The notes under the pieces were generated by a model. It saw nothing but the letters and a program-made list of their open reading frames with translations. It was not told where the DNA came from and searched no databases. The position numbers and the translations under genes are program-made. Shown here piece after piece: positions 23,485 to 36,194 of a stretch of DNA of 64,000 nt (position 1 is its first letter; each line of letters opens with the position of its first letter). Origin of the DNA: Hydrolagus affinis (Eukaryota); contig JAAILG010000002.1 of the NCBI GenBank assembly GCA_012026655.1, positions 186,001-250,000 of the forward strand. Direction: 5' to 3'.

Positions 23485-23627
23485 GACCTTTCTCTCAGAC
23501 CGTGTCTTTGGTCACCTTTCTACCCCTGCCCCTGGCTCGGTCCCAGGATCCGTTATTGTGAAACGCTCTGAGACGCTGCCCGGCGTGGAGGGCGCTACAT
23601 AAATCAAGGTTGTTATTGTTGTTGTTG
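23485..23627 (+). mobile_element. L2 family-A 3'UTR fragment
   Basis: Closely similar to 8675-8805; ends GGCGTGGAGGGCGCTACATAAATCAAGG(TTG)n. Confidence 0.92.
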
Positions 23628-25719
23628 AGATGTATTATTCCTCTGCCTGAGTTCTCGTGCCTGGATTATTCACTTATGTGTAATGTAGAGGCACTGTGTC
23701 CAGCTTTCTCAAGCTCAATTTATGTAAGATCCCATACTCCTGTCAAGCAAAAATCATTTGGTTGCTGTCCAGGGATCTATTCCAAGGACAAGCTGAAACA
23801 TTGAGTTAAGTTGTCTGTTTCGAGTGCCGTCTTTTGTTGACCAGGATCTCCCTGGTCTGAGAATTCTTTGTTCAGTATTGATGAACTCATTTTCAACCTT
23901 GACCTCCAGGGTAATATTATTGTTGTTTCAACCTGGAATTTTTTTTTCTCTGAAAGTCAATGAAATCAGAGGATATCGCTCTAGTGTATTTCAAGGCCTA
24001 GTATTAGTCTCATGCTTCACAGGTATTTTGCCAGCAGTAAAGTGCTTTTATTTATTTTTTAAAAACTTAAAATGTACAATAAATTACACCAAGTAGAAGA
24101 TTTTCTCTTTTCAAATTTAAAAACTGCATAATTCTGATAAAGTGAAATAATAAGACAAAGTGAACATATTTTTATTTGAGCTTCCGTTCTCCAGTCACTG
24201 TGAATTTGTTACGTCAAATTCATAGCTGTCCCAGGGTTCAATCAGCAAATCTAGTTGTGATCCTTCAGTAGACTAATGCATAGTTTCATTATTAGCTTTT
24301 CATGCTAATATTGATCACAATTTTATTGAGTACAAGAACATTCTATTTTTGAACCTCTATTGAGTAAACTTCTGCCTATCCAGGAGAGTTAATTTGTGGT
24401 AGAATGCTTTTGTTGATGATTAATGAAATATTTCCTTATGGGAACGTACAAGCGGGGGAAATACATCACAAATGTCAATATGCATATGCAAATCATTCTC
24501 AAACACAGTAAAATTAATCAGCATAAGATTGATAGAGGACAGGGGAGTTAGAGACATAAAGGGGAAATCGAACCGAGTCAAATAGCATCAGAAATTGATG
24601 ATTTTTGCAGACATATTTGTCTTTTCAGTATAAAACATATTGCTTCAAAGGGAATTCTTGTACTCTGTAATGAAATGTGCTCAGCTATGAATGTACCCAT
24701 TCTTTCTGGTGCCTTAAATGTTCAACATCACTTGAATAAGAGAGTCAGAATAATTAACTCACAAGCCCCTGATGGCTTCCAGGAAATACAGTGGATTTTA
24801 GGGTTAGTTACCTGTAGCAAAGAAATAATAACCTTCAATGCAAATTAAAAATGTCACCAATTCAAAACCTGAACTGTGCTCTTTTTCCATGAACAGTGTG
24901 GCACCAAACCTTTTGTTCATTTTCTTTGCACTTGAGATGATCATTTTTATCTACAGTCCTCGTGGAATATGTGGGAGTTCTGAAAGATGAACAAGTGTTG
25001 CTCACAGGCAATTAATGTTTTTACATGTATGTACACTTGTGTAAATTGCCACAGGCAACTGCCATAGCTCATCACATCCTCAGGCAATAAATGTAGTTAA
25101 TAATTATTTTGCCGGATGGAAAAGATAAGTCAGATAGACGTCTCATTGAAAAATAGCTTGATTTAAAATGGACGATTCTCTTGCACTCAAAACCAATGTA
25201 TCATTGTTTCGGTATTCTTTGCACAGACACAAAGTGTAATGTGTCAGCCTTTTATTTGGTCATGTCTTTTGTCTTTAAGAAATTACCAACATAAGGTGAG
25301 AACTGTGGTCTATTCGGTTTGAAGTCTCACAAAAAGAATTTGAAAGTAAGACATGAAGTCTATTTCAGTAACAAGTGAACAGTGCCAGCCACATGTACAG
25401 AATTACAACTAAATACACAATGCAGAACCACTTGTTCTCTATTCTCAATGTGAAGAGTATGTATGTATAATATGGTAGAATAATACTGTGTTATTGTGTT
25501 AAGGGCATTAACAATTATTGGCGCTTCATTGTCGTATCGTCATTAAAGCTAACTGGTGTAGATGTATCAGGAAGTTCCTCATTGAGAAGCAAACCTTTTC
25601 TAACTAAAGAAACAAAGATCTTCACTGTCTGAAGTTATACAAGCTGAACATGTGTGTGCATGTGCAATTTATTATTCCAGATTTTAATCTATTGTATTGT
25701 ATTGTATTAAACTGTCTAC

Positions 25720-26035
25720 AGTTCATGTGAGCTTCCTCCCAAAACCCAACAGTGCCTTCTCCCTTATGTTCACACCAAATTTTCCCTTAAATACGTAGAT
25801 GATTTCTGTTTCAACCATAGCTTTCAGCAGCGAGTTCCACATTTTCACCACCCTGTGTCTAAAAAGGTTCCTCCCCAACGACCAAAGCATTACTACCCTC
25901 TGCTTTATATTTATGCCTTCTTACTTGGGACTTACAAAACAAGGGTCAAATGACGATCAAGTTACCCCTGAACAAATCCATTCATAATTTCAAACACTTC
26001 CATCGGGTCTCCTCTCAATTCTCTCCTTTCCAGAT
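25720..26035 (-). mobile_element. CR1 ORF2 C-terminus and 3'UTR
   Basis: Minus strand translates LERRELRGDPMEVFEIMNG and FRHRVVKMWNSLL (CR1 RRLRGD...RVVxxWNxLP motifs). Confidence 0.85.
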
Positions 26036-27202
26036 CAACCAAAGTTATAAATCTCTCTACCCATACTAAATGAAACATTCCTTACCCTCATTCAAAATCT
26101 GTGAAAAAGGCACAATTTACATCTCTACTAAAACTATGGCATTCTGTGCATCAATGTAAGCTTGTGTTAGTCATATTCGCCATGTTTAAAAAAAGACTCA
26201 ATTTCAGTCCTCCACATTTGCAATCCTTTCTTGTTAACCTTCTCCGCAGCCTATGTTTCCACAGTAATATCATTTTAATGCTTAATGGTATGTGGAGGTC
26301 GCACCTCCTTAGAGGTCATCTCATGTACGCAATGAAAAATATTCACATTACTGGAGCAACGTTTGCTCCGGCAATTGGAAATAAGGCACATTTTCAAGGA
26401 GGCGATTAGCACAATCCTGGGAGTGCTCGAAAGAGATGCTGGATGTTAAAAGTGGCAACATAATGTCATTAGCCCAGCACTGACAACCCTCACCTTGATG
26501 AGCATAATCATTTATTTAGGGAAAGTTCTTTTTTACAGAAAACATAATTCCACTATTTTATTACAATCCAAACTGGCCAAATCTTTACAAAGTCCAGTAC
26601 AGTTTCCCCACGAAAGCTGTGCATTTGTGAAAGCATTTTCCAAACGGAATGAAATGGCTGATGTTTTTCGAAAGGAGACAATCGATTCTCAGGACCCGAG
26701 GTGCTGTGTAGGAGGCAGCGAGCTGTGAAGCTGCTCCAAAAGAGCTGGTGACGTGTCCATCAATTCACCGTTACTACAGAAAAGTGAATTACTGCTTACA
26801 AGTTTTGCTTTGTAGGATACTGGGCACAAAATTCCTACTGCGGTTAAGTGTAACAGACTTTGATGATGTGCGCCTCTAATAGGATTTTCCAATTTTCGGG
26901 ATCCGAGAACTGGCTCTGATTCAAGGCTCCAAGCTACAATCTCTTAGCTACAAGGGATTCTGCCTGCTGCGTATGGCGACATCTCCCCAAATTGATCATC
27001 TGAAGCATTGCAAGTGGGAGGGATAAAGTACCCATGTTCTACCTACTTCAAAGCATTTGATCTTTTAAAAGGGTATTAATCCCGCTGCATTCCATGCCCA
27101 GATCCCTTGGTCTCCAGCTTCTGAGAAAGCAAAGGGTATGAAGTGGGAGCATTCAAAAGCACTCAGCTACTTGCACGATTCACTTGTAGCGCACGCACAT
27201 TT

Positions 27203-27338
27203 CAGTTTGTGGGGACGCTGCTGTGCGCAATTGGCTGCTGCGTTTTCGCCCACAAATATACAGTCAATTCACTTTCCGGTGTATTCTGTGAAGCGCTTTA
27301 AAGGCGTGAAAAGCGCTACATCAAATGCAAGGATTATT
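27203..27338 (+). mobile_element. tRNA-SINE 3' fragment
   Basis: TTTGTGGGGACGCTGCTGTGCGCAATTGGCTGC...CAGTCAATTCACTTT...GCGCTACATCAAATGCAAGGATTATT. Confidence 0.9.
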
Positions 27339-28080
27339 TCAAAGATCGTACGGAGACCGATATTTCTTCTTCGTTTGCTCAATTGTTCAGTTTTATTTTT
27401 ATTTTCTCATGAATTAACTATCAGTTGTCAGAATTCTGCGAAGGATGTGCATAGATTATTTTGCACTCGTTTAGTCTGGTGGTTTTTGAATCTTCACTAG
27501 GTGGTTGGCAGGTACAAGAAACTTCTTGAAGGCGGCACAGCTCAGCATGAAATGTGTGGAGATAATTGCCACCGTCTAACTGCCCACAGCTCGGACACAC
27601 ACCACTTCCCAATGAGCGATGGATGGTTCTATCAGTTGAAGGTGCGGAGGATTTGGAAAGCCAGACCAGTCACAGGAGCCAGGATTCTTGTCTTGTACAA
27701 TTACAAAGTACATTGTATTTGGTACAAGGTAAAAAATGACGCAAATGCAAGTTACTCAATGTGTATTATTTCTCATGTAAACAAAAAATTGAACTTAGAA
27801 GATCTATCGGCTTCCTCATATCACCAGAACTCTAGTTATTACAGCATTGTTGGCCTAAAACTCTGGCAAAAATTGAATTATTCAATAAAATAACACACGC
27901 CGTTCCCTGTTTCAAGACCTAAATCATTTTAATGTCTGAGGCCCCCTTCAGGAATCACTGTACACTGAACTGCAGTGCCACAGTAGGCAGTCAAGGCAAC
28001 GTTTAGGATAAATACAAGTGTTGATGCTAAAATGTTTGTATCATGTTTTATTAAGGGCTAAAATATTTTTACTGCATGTC

Positions 28081-28113
28081 TGTGGGTGCGTATGTGTGTA
28101 TGTGTGTGTGTGT

Positions 28114-28147
<34 letters not shown>

Positions 28148-28185
28148 AGAAAAAAAGAAAGAAACAAAGAAATTAAAAAAATGAA
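28081..28185. repeat. Compound microsatellite (TG)n-(AG)n with an A-rich tail
   Basis: Directly visible. Confidence 0.9.
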
Positions 28186-29583
28186 AGCTGCAAAAGTTCA
28201 AGACACAGAGTGCCATGGACTCGCATGACCACAAAAGGAGAAAAATTAGCCTGCAGTAAGTGGTATAATTATTTCTGGAATATGAAATGAATGAGCTGTA
28301 CTCTAATATTTGCTGCCTTTTGTTGTCAATGTTAGAATAAATTTTGCATATACACGTCTATACAGACATTCACAGGACTGGGATGATCACTCTCAGAATA
28401 TATGAGAACGGAAAGATAACAGTTAACAGTAGTAGATGGCTGGTATGGTTATAAATCTCAGGTAATATTGAGTGAAGGTGAAACATGGCTTTATTAAAAT
28501 AAAAATTGAATTCACGCTTTTGTCGCAAATAGCTTCAGTTGTTCCCGGACAAAGTAATAAGTATTTCGATTTCAAGCATATTTGTCAATCTTAAAGTTGA
28601 ATTTTTATTGCTGCCCTTTTCTAATCATTACATTAATCTCATTGCCGCCAAGCACCTTATCGGTATGTTACTTCACTGTTGTGAAATGATGATCTGGATT
28701 TTTTTTTCCACCCAGTGAAATGGCACAAGCTCCAAAATTCCCAGATGCTTACTTACATTGAATGTAAAACAATATACCTGACAGATGCTCTGAGCAGCAA
28801 TTACCTGGTCTGATATCTCTGATGGAGATGTTGGGATTATAAAGTAAATATCCCATCTCCACCACAGACTTTGACATATTCCTAATAATTTATTCACATG
28901 AAGGGCGCGCTGAGATACAGAGCAAGAAAAAGCACTGTAAATTGCTGCTACAATATTTCTAATTATCTAAGACCCCCGGAGGGATGCCTGCATTGCCTCA
29001 CTGAATCCTCAGCTATGTAGCCTTACAAAACATTTTGATGAATCCTGACTGATTGCACAAGAAGCTTAAAACAAAAGGGATGAGCAAAATGAGTCTTCTT
29101 GCTAAATCGAAGATGTTTACGCTCGTAAATAACTTATTAGACAAACAGGAGATTAAAGCAAACCTGGAGTTACGAAGTTAGCTGCAAATAATCGGGATTA
29201 GTTGCAAGGCATTATTCATATTTTTCCACAATACGCTGCAGGACCTTTTGAAGTTCTGTCACATCACATGTTCCCTTTCATGCCTCTGGTATTTTAGAAC
29301 AACAACTTGCACTCATGTGGTGCATTTCACGTGGAAAGTATGTGGAGGATGAGAGAATGAATAACTATTCTCTTCAGCCCTCCAGCAAGGTCTCCCAAAG
29401 ACATAGACACCTACTGCTGTAGATGTCATTTTGCACAACATGCAGTGGTTAATTAATTGACAGCCCTGTCAAAGCCTTCCAGGAATATGCTTGTGTTCAC
29501 CTATACATTGAAGAACTATATGGACACTTGTTGGCATTTCTGGTTGGTCATTTGTTTAATAATCTGCAATTACAGTAACAATT

Positions 29584-29793
29584 AATAATAATAATAATCC
29601 TTGCATTTGATATAGCGCTTTTCACATCTGATCGACGTCTCAAAGCGCTTCACAGAATATACTGTAAAGTGAATTGACTGTATATTTGTAGGCGAAACGC
29701 GGCAGCCAATTGCGCACAGCAGAGTCCCGCAAACATTCATGGATTGAAATGAACAATTTTTATTATTGTGTTTTTTGGGGGGACGGATTATTA
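29584..29793 (-). mobile_element. tRNA-SINE subfamily 1, 5'-truncated, little diverged
   Basis: (AAT)n CCTTGCATTTGATATAGCGCTTTTCAC...GGCAGCCAATTGCGCACAGCAG...ATTATTGTGTTTTTTGGGG. Confidence 0.93.
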
Positions 29794-30844
29794 TTTCCAC
29801 TGTTACTAATGTGTCCACCAAACACATGCTACCTACTGCTGAACCGGGGTCATGCACAGGACAAACCTGGTCACCTGAAACAGGGAAATTTGATTTGAGA
29901 GGAAACTAAAAATGCTTGTTTATTTCAGACATGAAAGAAAAAAATAGTTATGAGGTGATAAATATTCAACCAGGTTGGGTGGCAGCGATGGTGTTGAGAA
30001 TGCACACTCTGTGATAGTACCCAAGGCATCAGGAACACACTCTAGTTGTGTGTTACGTTCATCAAGATGAAGTGCGACTATCTAAGTAACCAGAATGCTA
30101 TTTTGCTGTAGGCTCACATCGAGAATTCTTCCCTGTGGTGTTAGAAAGGGGTGAAAATTCCTCATGACCTGTCAAACACTGGATGTATGATTTGGATGGG
30201 ATGTAAGGTAAATATAAAGCTCTCCCTTTCCGCAATAGTGTGTTTCCTCAACTCAGTCTCCGGAGTGCACACACGACAGTACCAGTGTGAAATTTTCATT
30301 TCCATTACAATGCATTTTGCTCTCTAGAGACCCTTTTGCTGTTCAAGGAATTATTTCCCTTTTCTAAGATCTTTCTCTCTCTCTGTGTGTGAAATTGACG
30401 GCGAGACTGCTATTTCATTAAAGTCATGCTTAACTTGTTGTTGCTATCTGAGTATCCTTGGGAAACCAATGTAAAAGCTTATCCTGACAACAGTGTGGGT
30501 TACGTGCAAGATGGAAGACCTTAAATCCTGTCTAATGCAACAAAATATTACTCATAAGAGTCTGAGAGATCCCTTAAGCTAATTTTTTTCAAAAAAAACT
30601 GGCTGTAACCCCTGAATAGCATCTATAAAGATTTCCCTAGGTTGTTATTCATATCTTCTATCCTGCAGTGGTCTTTTGAAGATGATAATATAGAATTATG
30701 GGATCACTGGCAATGATACCTTTATGCTAATTCCTTTATGGAACTTGCTCCTCGTTATTTTGTAACTATCTGTAGTTTTGTTTTGTACCCCCGACAGAAG
30801 TTGCCAAATGCCTTCCATTGGGGTAAAGGATTGATCCTATTTTA

Positions 30845-31135
30845 TCCTGTAGCTCAGTGCTTAGAGCACTCACCTTGTAAGTGAAGGGTTCAATTCCAGG
30901 CAGCGTGAAACCTTGGGCAAGTTTATTTACTCCACACACCTAATAATAATCCCTAAAAAAAAATTGTTCATTTCAATCCACGACTATTTGTGGGATACAC
31001 AGATGTGCGCAATTGGCTGCTGCATTTCCCCCACATATATTATAGTCAATTCACTTTACAGCATATTCTGTGAAGCGCTTTGGGACATCTAGAAGATGTG
31101 AAAAGCGCTATACCAAATGCAGGGATTATTATTAT
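30845..31135 (+). mobile_element. Near-full-length tRNA-SINE subfamily 1
   Basis: TCCTGTAGCTCAGTGCTTAGAGCACTCACCTTGTAAG, B-box-like GGTTCAATTCC, body and (TTA)n tail. Confidence 0.92.
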
Positions 31136-32518
31136 TTATGTAGCATATTTGGGGTATATTAAATTTGGCAAGTACAGTATTCGAATGAAAAGCTTTCCAG
31201 AAGTTCTTAAAAGAAAGTACGCAAACCTGGCTCCATAATTAAAGCTGCAAAACTACATCTAGACCCGAGTGAAATTTCTCACCACCATATACCTTATATG
31301 GCGATTAGTGGACAAGGGAACAGAAATTATTCATCATTCACCAGAGCACAACTGGGACATCTAATTGCTGAAATGATATTACAAGTGCCACATGGATCCA
31401 GCTGCAATCCAACACCTTAGCTTTAGCAGAATATCATAAGCACAAGTACTTAAACAAACACTTTATATATAAAATGTATTAAAAAAAACACATACAAACC
31501 ATGCCTAGCAAAGCTATTTCCAAAGATTGTATTCCATTCCTGGTGCATTTGGAATTCATACTGGATTCTGGGCACTGAACACCAGCATAACTGGGATATT
31601 TGAGCAAATGTCTGCCTTTGAGTTAGTGAGGGCTAAACTTCTGGACTTGACTGCTGAAATCCACGACATTCAAGCAGCATTTCAGCAATGGTCATTTGGT
31701 ATGCTGTTTCATCACGATGCTGGATTGCACCACTTTGCATAGGAATCCCCTAAACAGAGAGAGGTCCCCCACCCTCACACCCAGCAGGCAAATACTTTAA
31801 GGATGTGAAGTTATCGATTTAAGGTAAGTGCTTATTAATGCTATTAAAATATCAGTACAATTCATCACAAGTGTACCAGTCTACATCCCCAGCTGTGTGT
31901 GCACCATGTGTGATATAGAAATGTCCTCAACTGGAACATTACAAATAGGAAAGGATTGCTGAATGCATGAAATCCAGGCGGTTTATTGTATTTTGATCAT
32001 CCTTTTGCAAGCAATAAACCCCCCTCCCCACCCCCAAAATCTACTTCTTAGAAAGGTTACATCTCTTCTGACCAGACCGCAAGAAGGTCCACGGGCACGT
32101 TTCATTTGATTTTCAACAACAAAAAAAATACTCCAGAGCAATGGCTTTAACTTTTAAATTTGTTCCGCCCACTGAGAATTGTTCTTCATCACTGCGATCT
32201 GACGTGGGAGAAACATTATCAGTCATTACCCAAAAGGTTGTCTACACTGCTCAGACAGCGCTTAACATTGATATCGGATTTGAGTTTGGGTTCAACGCGT
32301 CTCAAGAGAAGAAAGGATCGCAAACGATATCAATTTTGAATGCAAGCCAATTTTGTCATTGTAAAAAACAAACAAGATGAATACCTGAACCCCCACTTGC
32401 CGACCTCCCACTTGCACCCCCTCCCCCCCGCCCCGTCCCCCAGGGCCATTAGGATTGTCCAGGTTTGGCAAGTCCGTTTCACCACCTCCACCAAATGTAC
32501 TACTAATAATAAAAATAA

Positions 32519-33132
32519 ATAATAATAATCCTTGCATTTGATATAGTGCCCTATCATGTCTTCGAGACATTGCACAGTGTTTCACCAAATATACTATAAA
32601 CTGTATATTTTGGGGGCACAATGTGGCAGCTAATTGCACACAGCAATATCCCACAAACAGTCGTGGATTGAATGACCAAATTATTATTATTAATTTTTAT
32701 TTATTTATATTTGAATGGATTATTATCTGCAGAAAAGCGAACCGCCAATCGACTAGCAACCAGGGTCCTACTACATGTCTCTACCATCGGTAGCTGGGCT
32801 TTCAGCTTCTTTGGCCTCAATCTTTGGAACTCCACAGCCCCTTCGTCTTGCTGCCTCCCTTGCCTCCTTCAGGGCACAATTCAAGACGTTCCTTTCCGAC
32901 CATGGCCTTCAATTGCTCTCCTACACTGCCCCCTCTCCCCGCCAAGCACGGGATCTGATACCCGACTCTTTCTCACCTTGGGACATCCTCCTAATGTGAA
33001 AGGCACTTTACAAGTGTAATTTTGTCGTTGTTATTGCTAGGTAAACAGAGGCATGCGTCTCAGAGGAGGGAATCAAACTCAGGTCCTTTCGTTTGCGAGG
33101 CAAGTGCCCTAACCACTAAGCTACAGGGCTCC
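32519..33132 (-). mobile_element. Full-length tRNA-SINE subfamily 2 interrupted by an L2 insertion
   Basis: Tail and body at 32519-32774; head at 33035-33132 (minus strand GGAGCCCTGTAGCTTAGTGGTTAGGGCACTTGCCTCGCAA...GTTTGATTCCC). Confidence 0.85.
32775..33034 (+). mobile_element. L2 family-B 3' end nested inside the SINE
   Basis: Translates STIGSWAFSFFGLNLWNS and SLASFRAQFKTFL; tail GGACATCCTCCTAATGTGAAAGGCACTTTACAAGTGTAATTTTGTCGTTGTT. Confidence 0.85.
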
Positions 33133-33654
33133 ACGAGTAATTATCTGGTATCTCAATGAACCACACAATGGAGCCTCTTTATCTCAGCAACTCAGATCAG
33201 CTGTAACATTTGCTTTTTCAGGCTGCAAACTAATGCAGTCTCACATCAGGCAAAAAGGTTCAAATGAGCTTGAACAATAAAATAAATGTGACAGGTCTTC
33301 AGAAGCAAGTAGCTCCAAAATGTCAGTCTGCATATAGCACACTCTCTGTGAGAAAAGCATTACAAGTCCCAGAGGATAATTCCCCAGCTCCTCTCAAATC
33401 ACTTGACTTTACTGGAGTTACTGTCACTGCTGTATTCAGGCTACGTTTATTCAGTCTTCAATCCTCTCAGTTGCAATTTCACTTGGAGAAAGCACTTTTC
33501 CCAGTTTCTATCACCGAGCCTTATGAAAAACTTTCATCACCAGCAGTCACTTGGTCTGCGAGTCTTCTGGAGTTAAGTGAGTCTTTCTGAGCTCCTACAA
33601 TGGATGGAAATAGTACCAGCTCCGGAGATTTGTTTACTTCTAATTGTTGAGATG

Positions 33655-33836
33655 AAATTGGCAATTGACTTCATAACTGTTTTGTGGGATATTGCTGTGC
33701 GCACACTGACTTTCTCATTTCCCTACAGAAATAGGCAACCACAACACTACACAGAAAAACCACAGCGCTTTACTTTGAGGCATTGCAAATGTGATCAGTC
33801 ATTTGATGCATCAAATTCAAATGTTTTCTATTATTA
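33655..33836 (+). mobile_element. Diverged Deu-type SINE 3' part
   Basis: CTGTTTTGTGGGATATTGCTGTGCGCA...AGCGCTTT...CATCAAAT...TATTATTA. Confidence 0.55.
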
Positions 33837-35104
33837 CTTTAGTAATAATATGGTATCCGGTTATCACAACGTCTTCTTTGAAGTTGCCTTCTGCGATATA
33901 TATTCCCATATATTATCCCTCTACTTCTGAATTGTGGTTTAGAGGGTGCCACGTGATATTGAATACAAACAAGAAATTTTAAAATGAGCATTATTAAACA
34001 ATACCCTGTTATATTAATCATAGTAGAATGGATACAAAGTTATAATGTGCCCCAAAGAACAGAATAAAGTTATGAAGCCTGTGCAGCCAACAAAAGTTAT
34101 TTATTCCATTTGAGTGACTTAACATTATTACTTGGAATGCTTTCCTCCATTTCTCACAAAATATTAAAATATGCTGCCAATCTTTTGGATTTGACATTCT
34201 GGCTCTTTGTAGCATTAGTACTCCACTTCTAGTTCCCTGTTTGCCACTTAAAACATTAAATAGATCTTGACTTTTCAGACAACAGCTGCCAAAGAACTTT
34301 ACAAGATGCTATGTTGTTTTTATTTCTATTAGGCCACAGAGCAACACTTTCGTGCTAATTGTGACTGACTGTGCAAACAAGCATCGGTTAAGGTCAAAGC
34401 AGCCCAATGAATTTAATACTTAATTATCTTTCAGGGTATTGCCAACATAGCTTCCAGCCAAGTACTTTGAGAGACAGTTCACCAAATGTAATGAGAAGTT
34501 TTGAAGTATTCTCTGCAATTGCAATAATCCGCAATGAAATGATAGAGAACACAAGCACAAAATACATGCATTATTTTGTGGGCAGAACCTTTGCTGAATA
34601 CGTAGACTCACAATCGAGGGAAGTGGAAATCTCAATGAATTCTCCCGGCAAAGAGGACTCATGTATCAAACATGAGTTAGCAGATCTTTTTTCCATTCAC
34701 AGAGTTGACAATCCAAATTCACTAAGCGTTTTAATGTCTGCTTTAGCCTTCTTATATTTTCTCGCATTAAGTTAACCCTCCCAGTTTGTTCAGGAAGGTG
34801 AGATGTCAGCTCTTTAGATGGCATGAATGCCACTCTTTTGTTGACTAGGAAGAATACGTGAATGGTTCATGAGTGATTACTTCTCTCCTCCCCTCCCCTC
34901 CCCTCCACAAATCCTACTACTTCTCCCATGTGCCCCCTCCCCAAATTCAGACTGCAAATAGCAATTAACTGTAACTTCGACGGATGAACTCATTCTCGGG
35001 TAGAATTTATTTCAATCAGTAAAGATCTTCCCGTTATAAGCACATCTTGTTAGAAGTACATTTTAAAAAGTAACTTTTAATAAATCAGCAAAATTCTGCA
35101 TCAG

Positions 35105-35496
35105 TCACGTTCAGTTTGTTAGGACTCTTGCATCCAAGTCAGAAAGGCCTGGGTTCGATCACCATGTCAGGATGAATAGTTTATTACAGTTGATAAACCA
35201 TTACATTGCTGGGAGTGCAATGCACTCATTGATGGAGATGTTCTTAAACCAGATTTACCTGTTCAGATGGACATAAAACTATTTGGAAAACAGAATGGAG
35301 TTTTTAACCAGTATCCTGGCTAACAATCGACCAAATCAAATTGGTTACTCACTTTGTGGCTGTTTGTATGACTTTACTGTGTGCAAATTGGCTGTTGTGT
35401 TCACTTACAAAATACATCATTTCACTTTACAGCATATTGTGTGAAGTGCTTCGAGACATGCTCCTGACAAATGTAAGGATTAATTACTATTATTAT
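35105..35496 (+). mobile_element. Old near-full-length Deu-domain SINE
   Basis: Head ACTCTTGCATCCAAGTCAGAAAGGCCTGGGTTCGATC (B box); Deu-like GGGAGTGC...GATG...TTAAACC...CCTGTTCAGATGGACATAAAA...TATCCTGGCTAACA; shared 3' part and TTA tail. Confidence 0.75.
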
Positions 35497-36078
35497 AATT
35501 TGATGTCCAATCTTACTTCAGTGTTATATATAACAAGCCATTTTGGGGGTAAATTTGACAAGTGATATGTACATAATAGAAACAGAGCAAAGTTCTGTCA
35601 TGTCAACAAAAAGCATCAAATTATTCCCTCGGGATCTCAGCTCGATACATTTTTCAGATACAACAGGTTGTGATTATTGCAGTTCTTTCGGTTCTAAGAT
35701 ATGCAATTGTCAACAGTTATCAACTCTTGATCTGCATGGCTTTTCAAAGGTTCTGCGTTTTCCTTTACAAAACATCTCAAAGACTTACTGACAGTGAGGA
35801 ACTTGGAAAAGATAAGCTATAATAGCTTTGTAAACCACTCCAACAAATGAACATAGAACAGCTTTAGTTTGTGGCAAATTTGCACTCCTAACATAAAAAG
35901 TGCGATATCAAATATAAGGGTAATTTGTTGTTTATTCATGATTTTTAATTATTGTCATAAGATTTTAAATCATTGCAAAGTGTTGGTACACAAGTACAAC
36001 ATTGAAATCCATTTTATTCAGAATGCTGTTTTAGTTAGAGGCTGATTGATTTGCAGTGAATTGCACAATGTTTGGGAT

Positions 36079-36194
36079 GATAATAATATTTGCATTTGAT
36101 ATAGCGGCCTATCGCATTTCTAAGCATCTCAAAGCGCTTCATAGAATATACTACAGTATAAAGTGAATTGATTGAGTATGTTGTGGCCAAACGT
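36079..36194 (-). mobile_element. tRNA-SINE 3' fragment
   Basis: TAATAATATTTGCATTTGATATAGCG...CATCTCAAAGCGCTTCATAGAATATACT...GTGGCCAAACG. Confidence 0.8.

Noticed and set aside
31634-31750. Possible minus-strand terminal exon (GIPMQSGAIQHRDETAYQMTIAEMLLECRGFQQSSPEV*)
   Set aside because: The acceptor is plausible, but I recognise no homology and no upstream exons.
33264-33590. 108-aa ATG-initiated ORF in non-repeat DNA
   Set aside because: No domain or motif; its length is within chance range for six frames of 64 kb.
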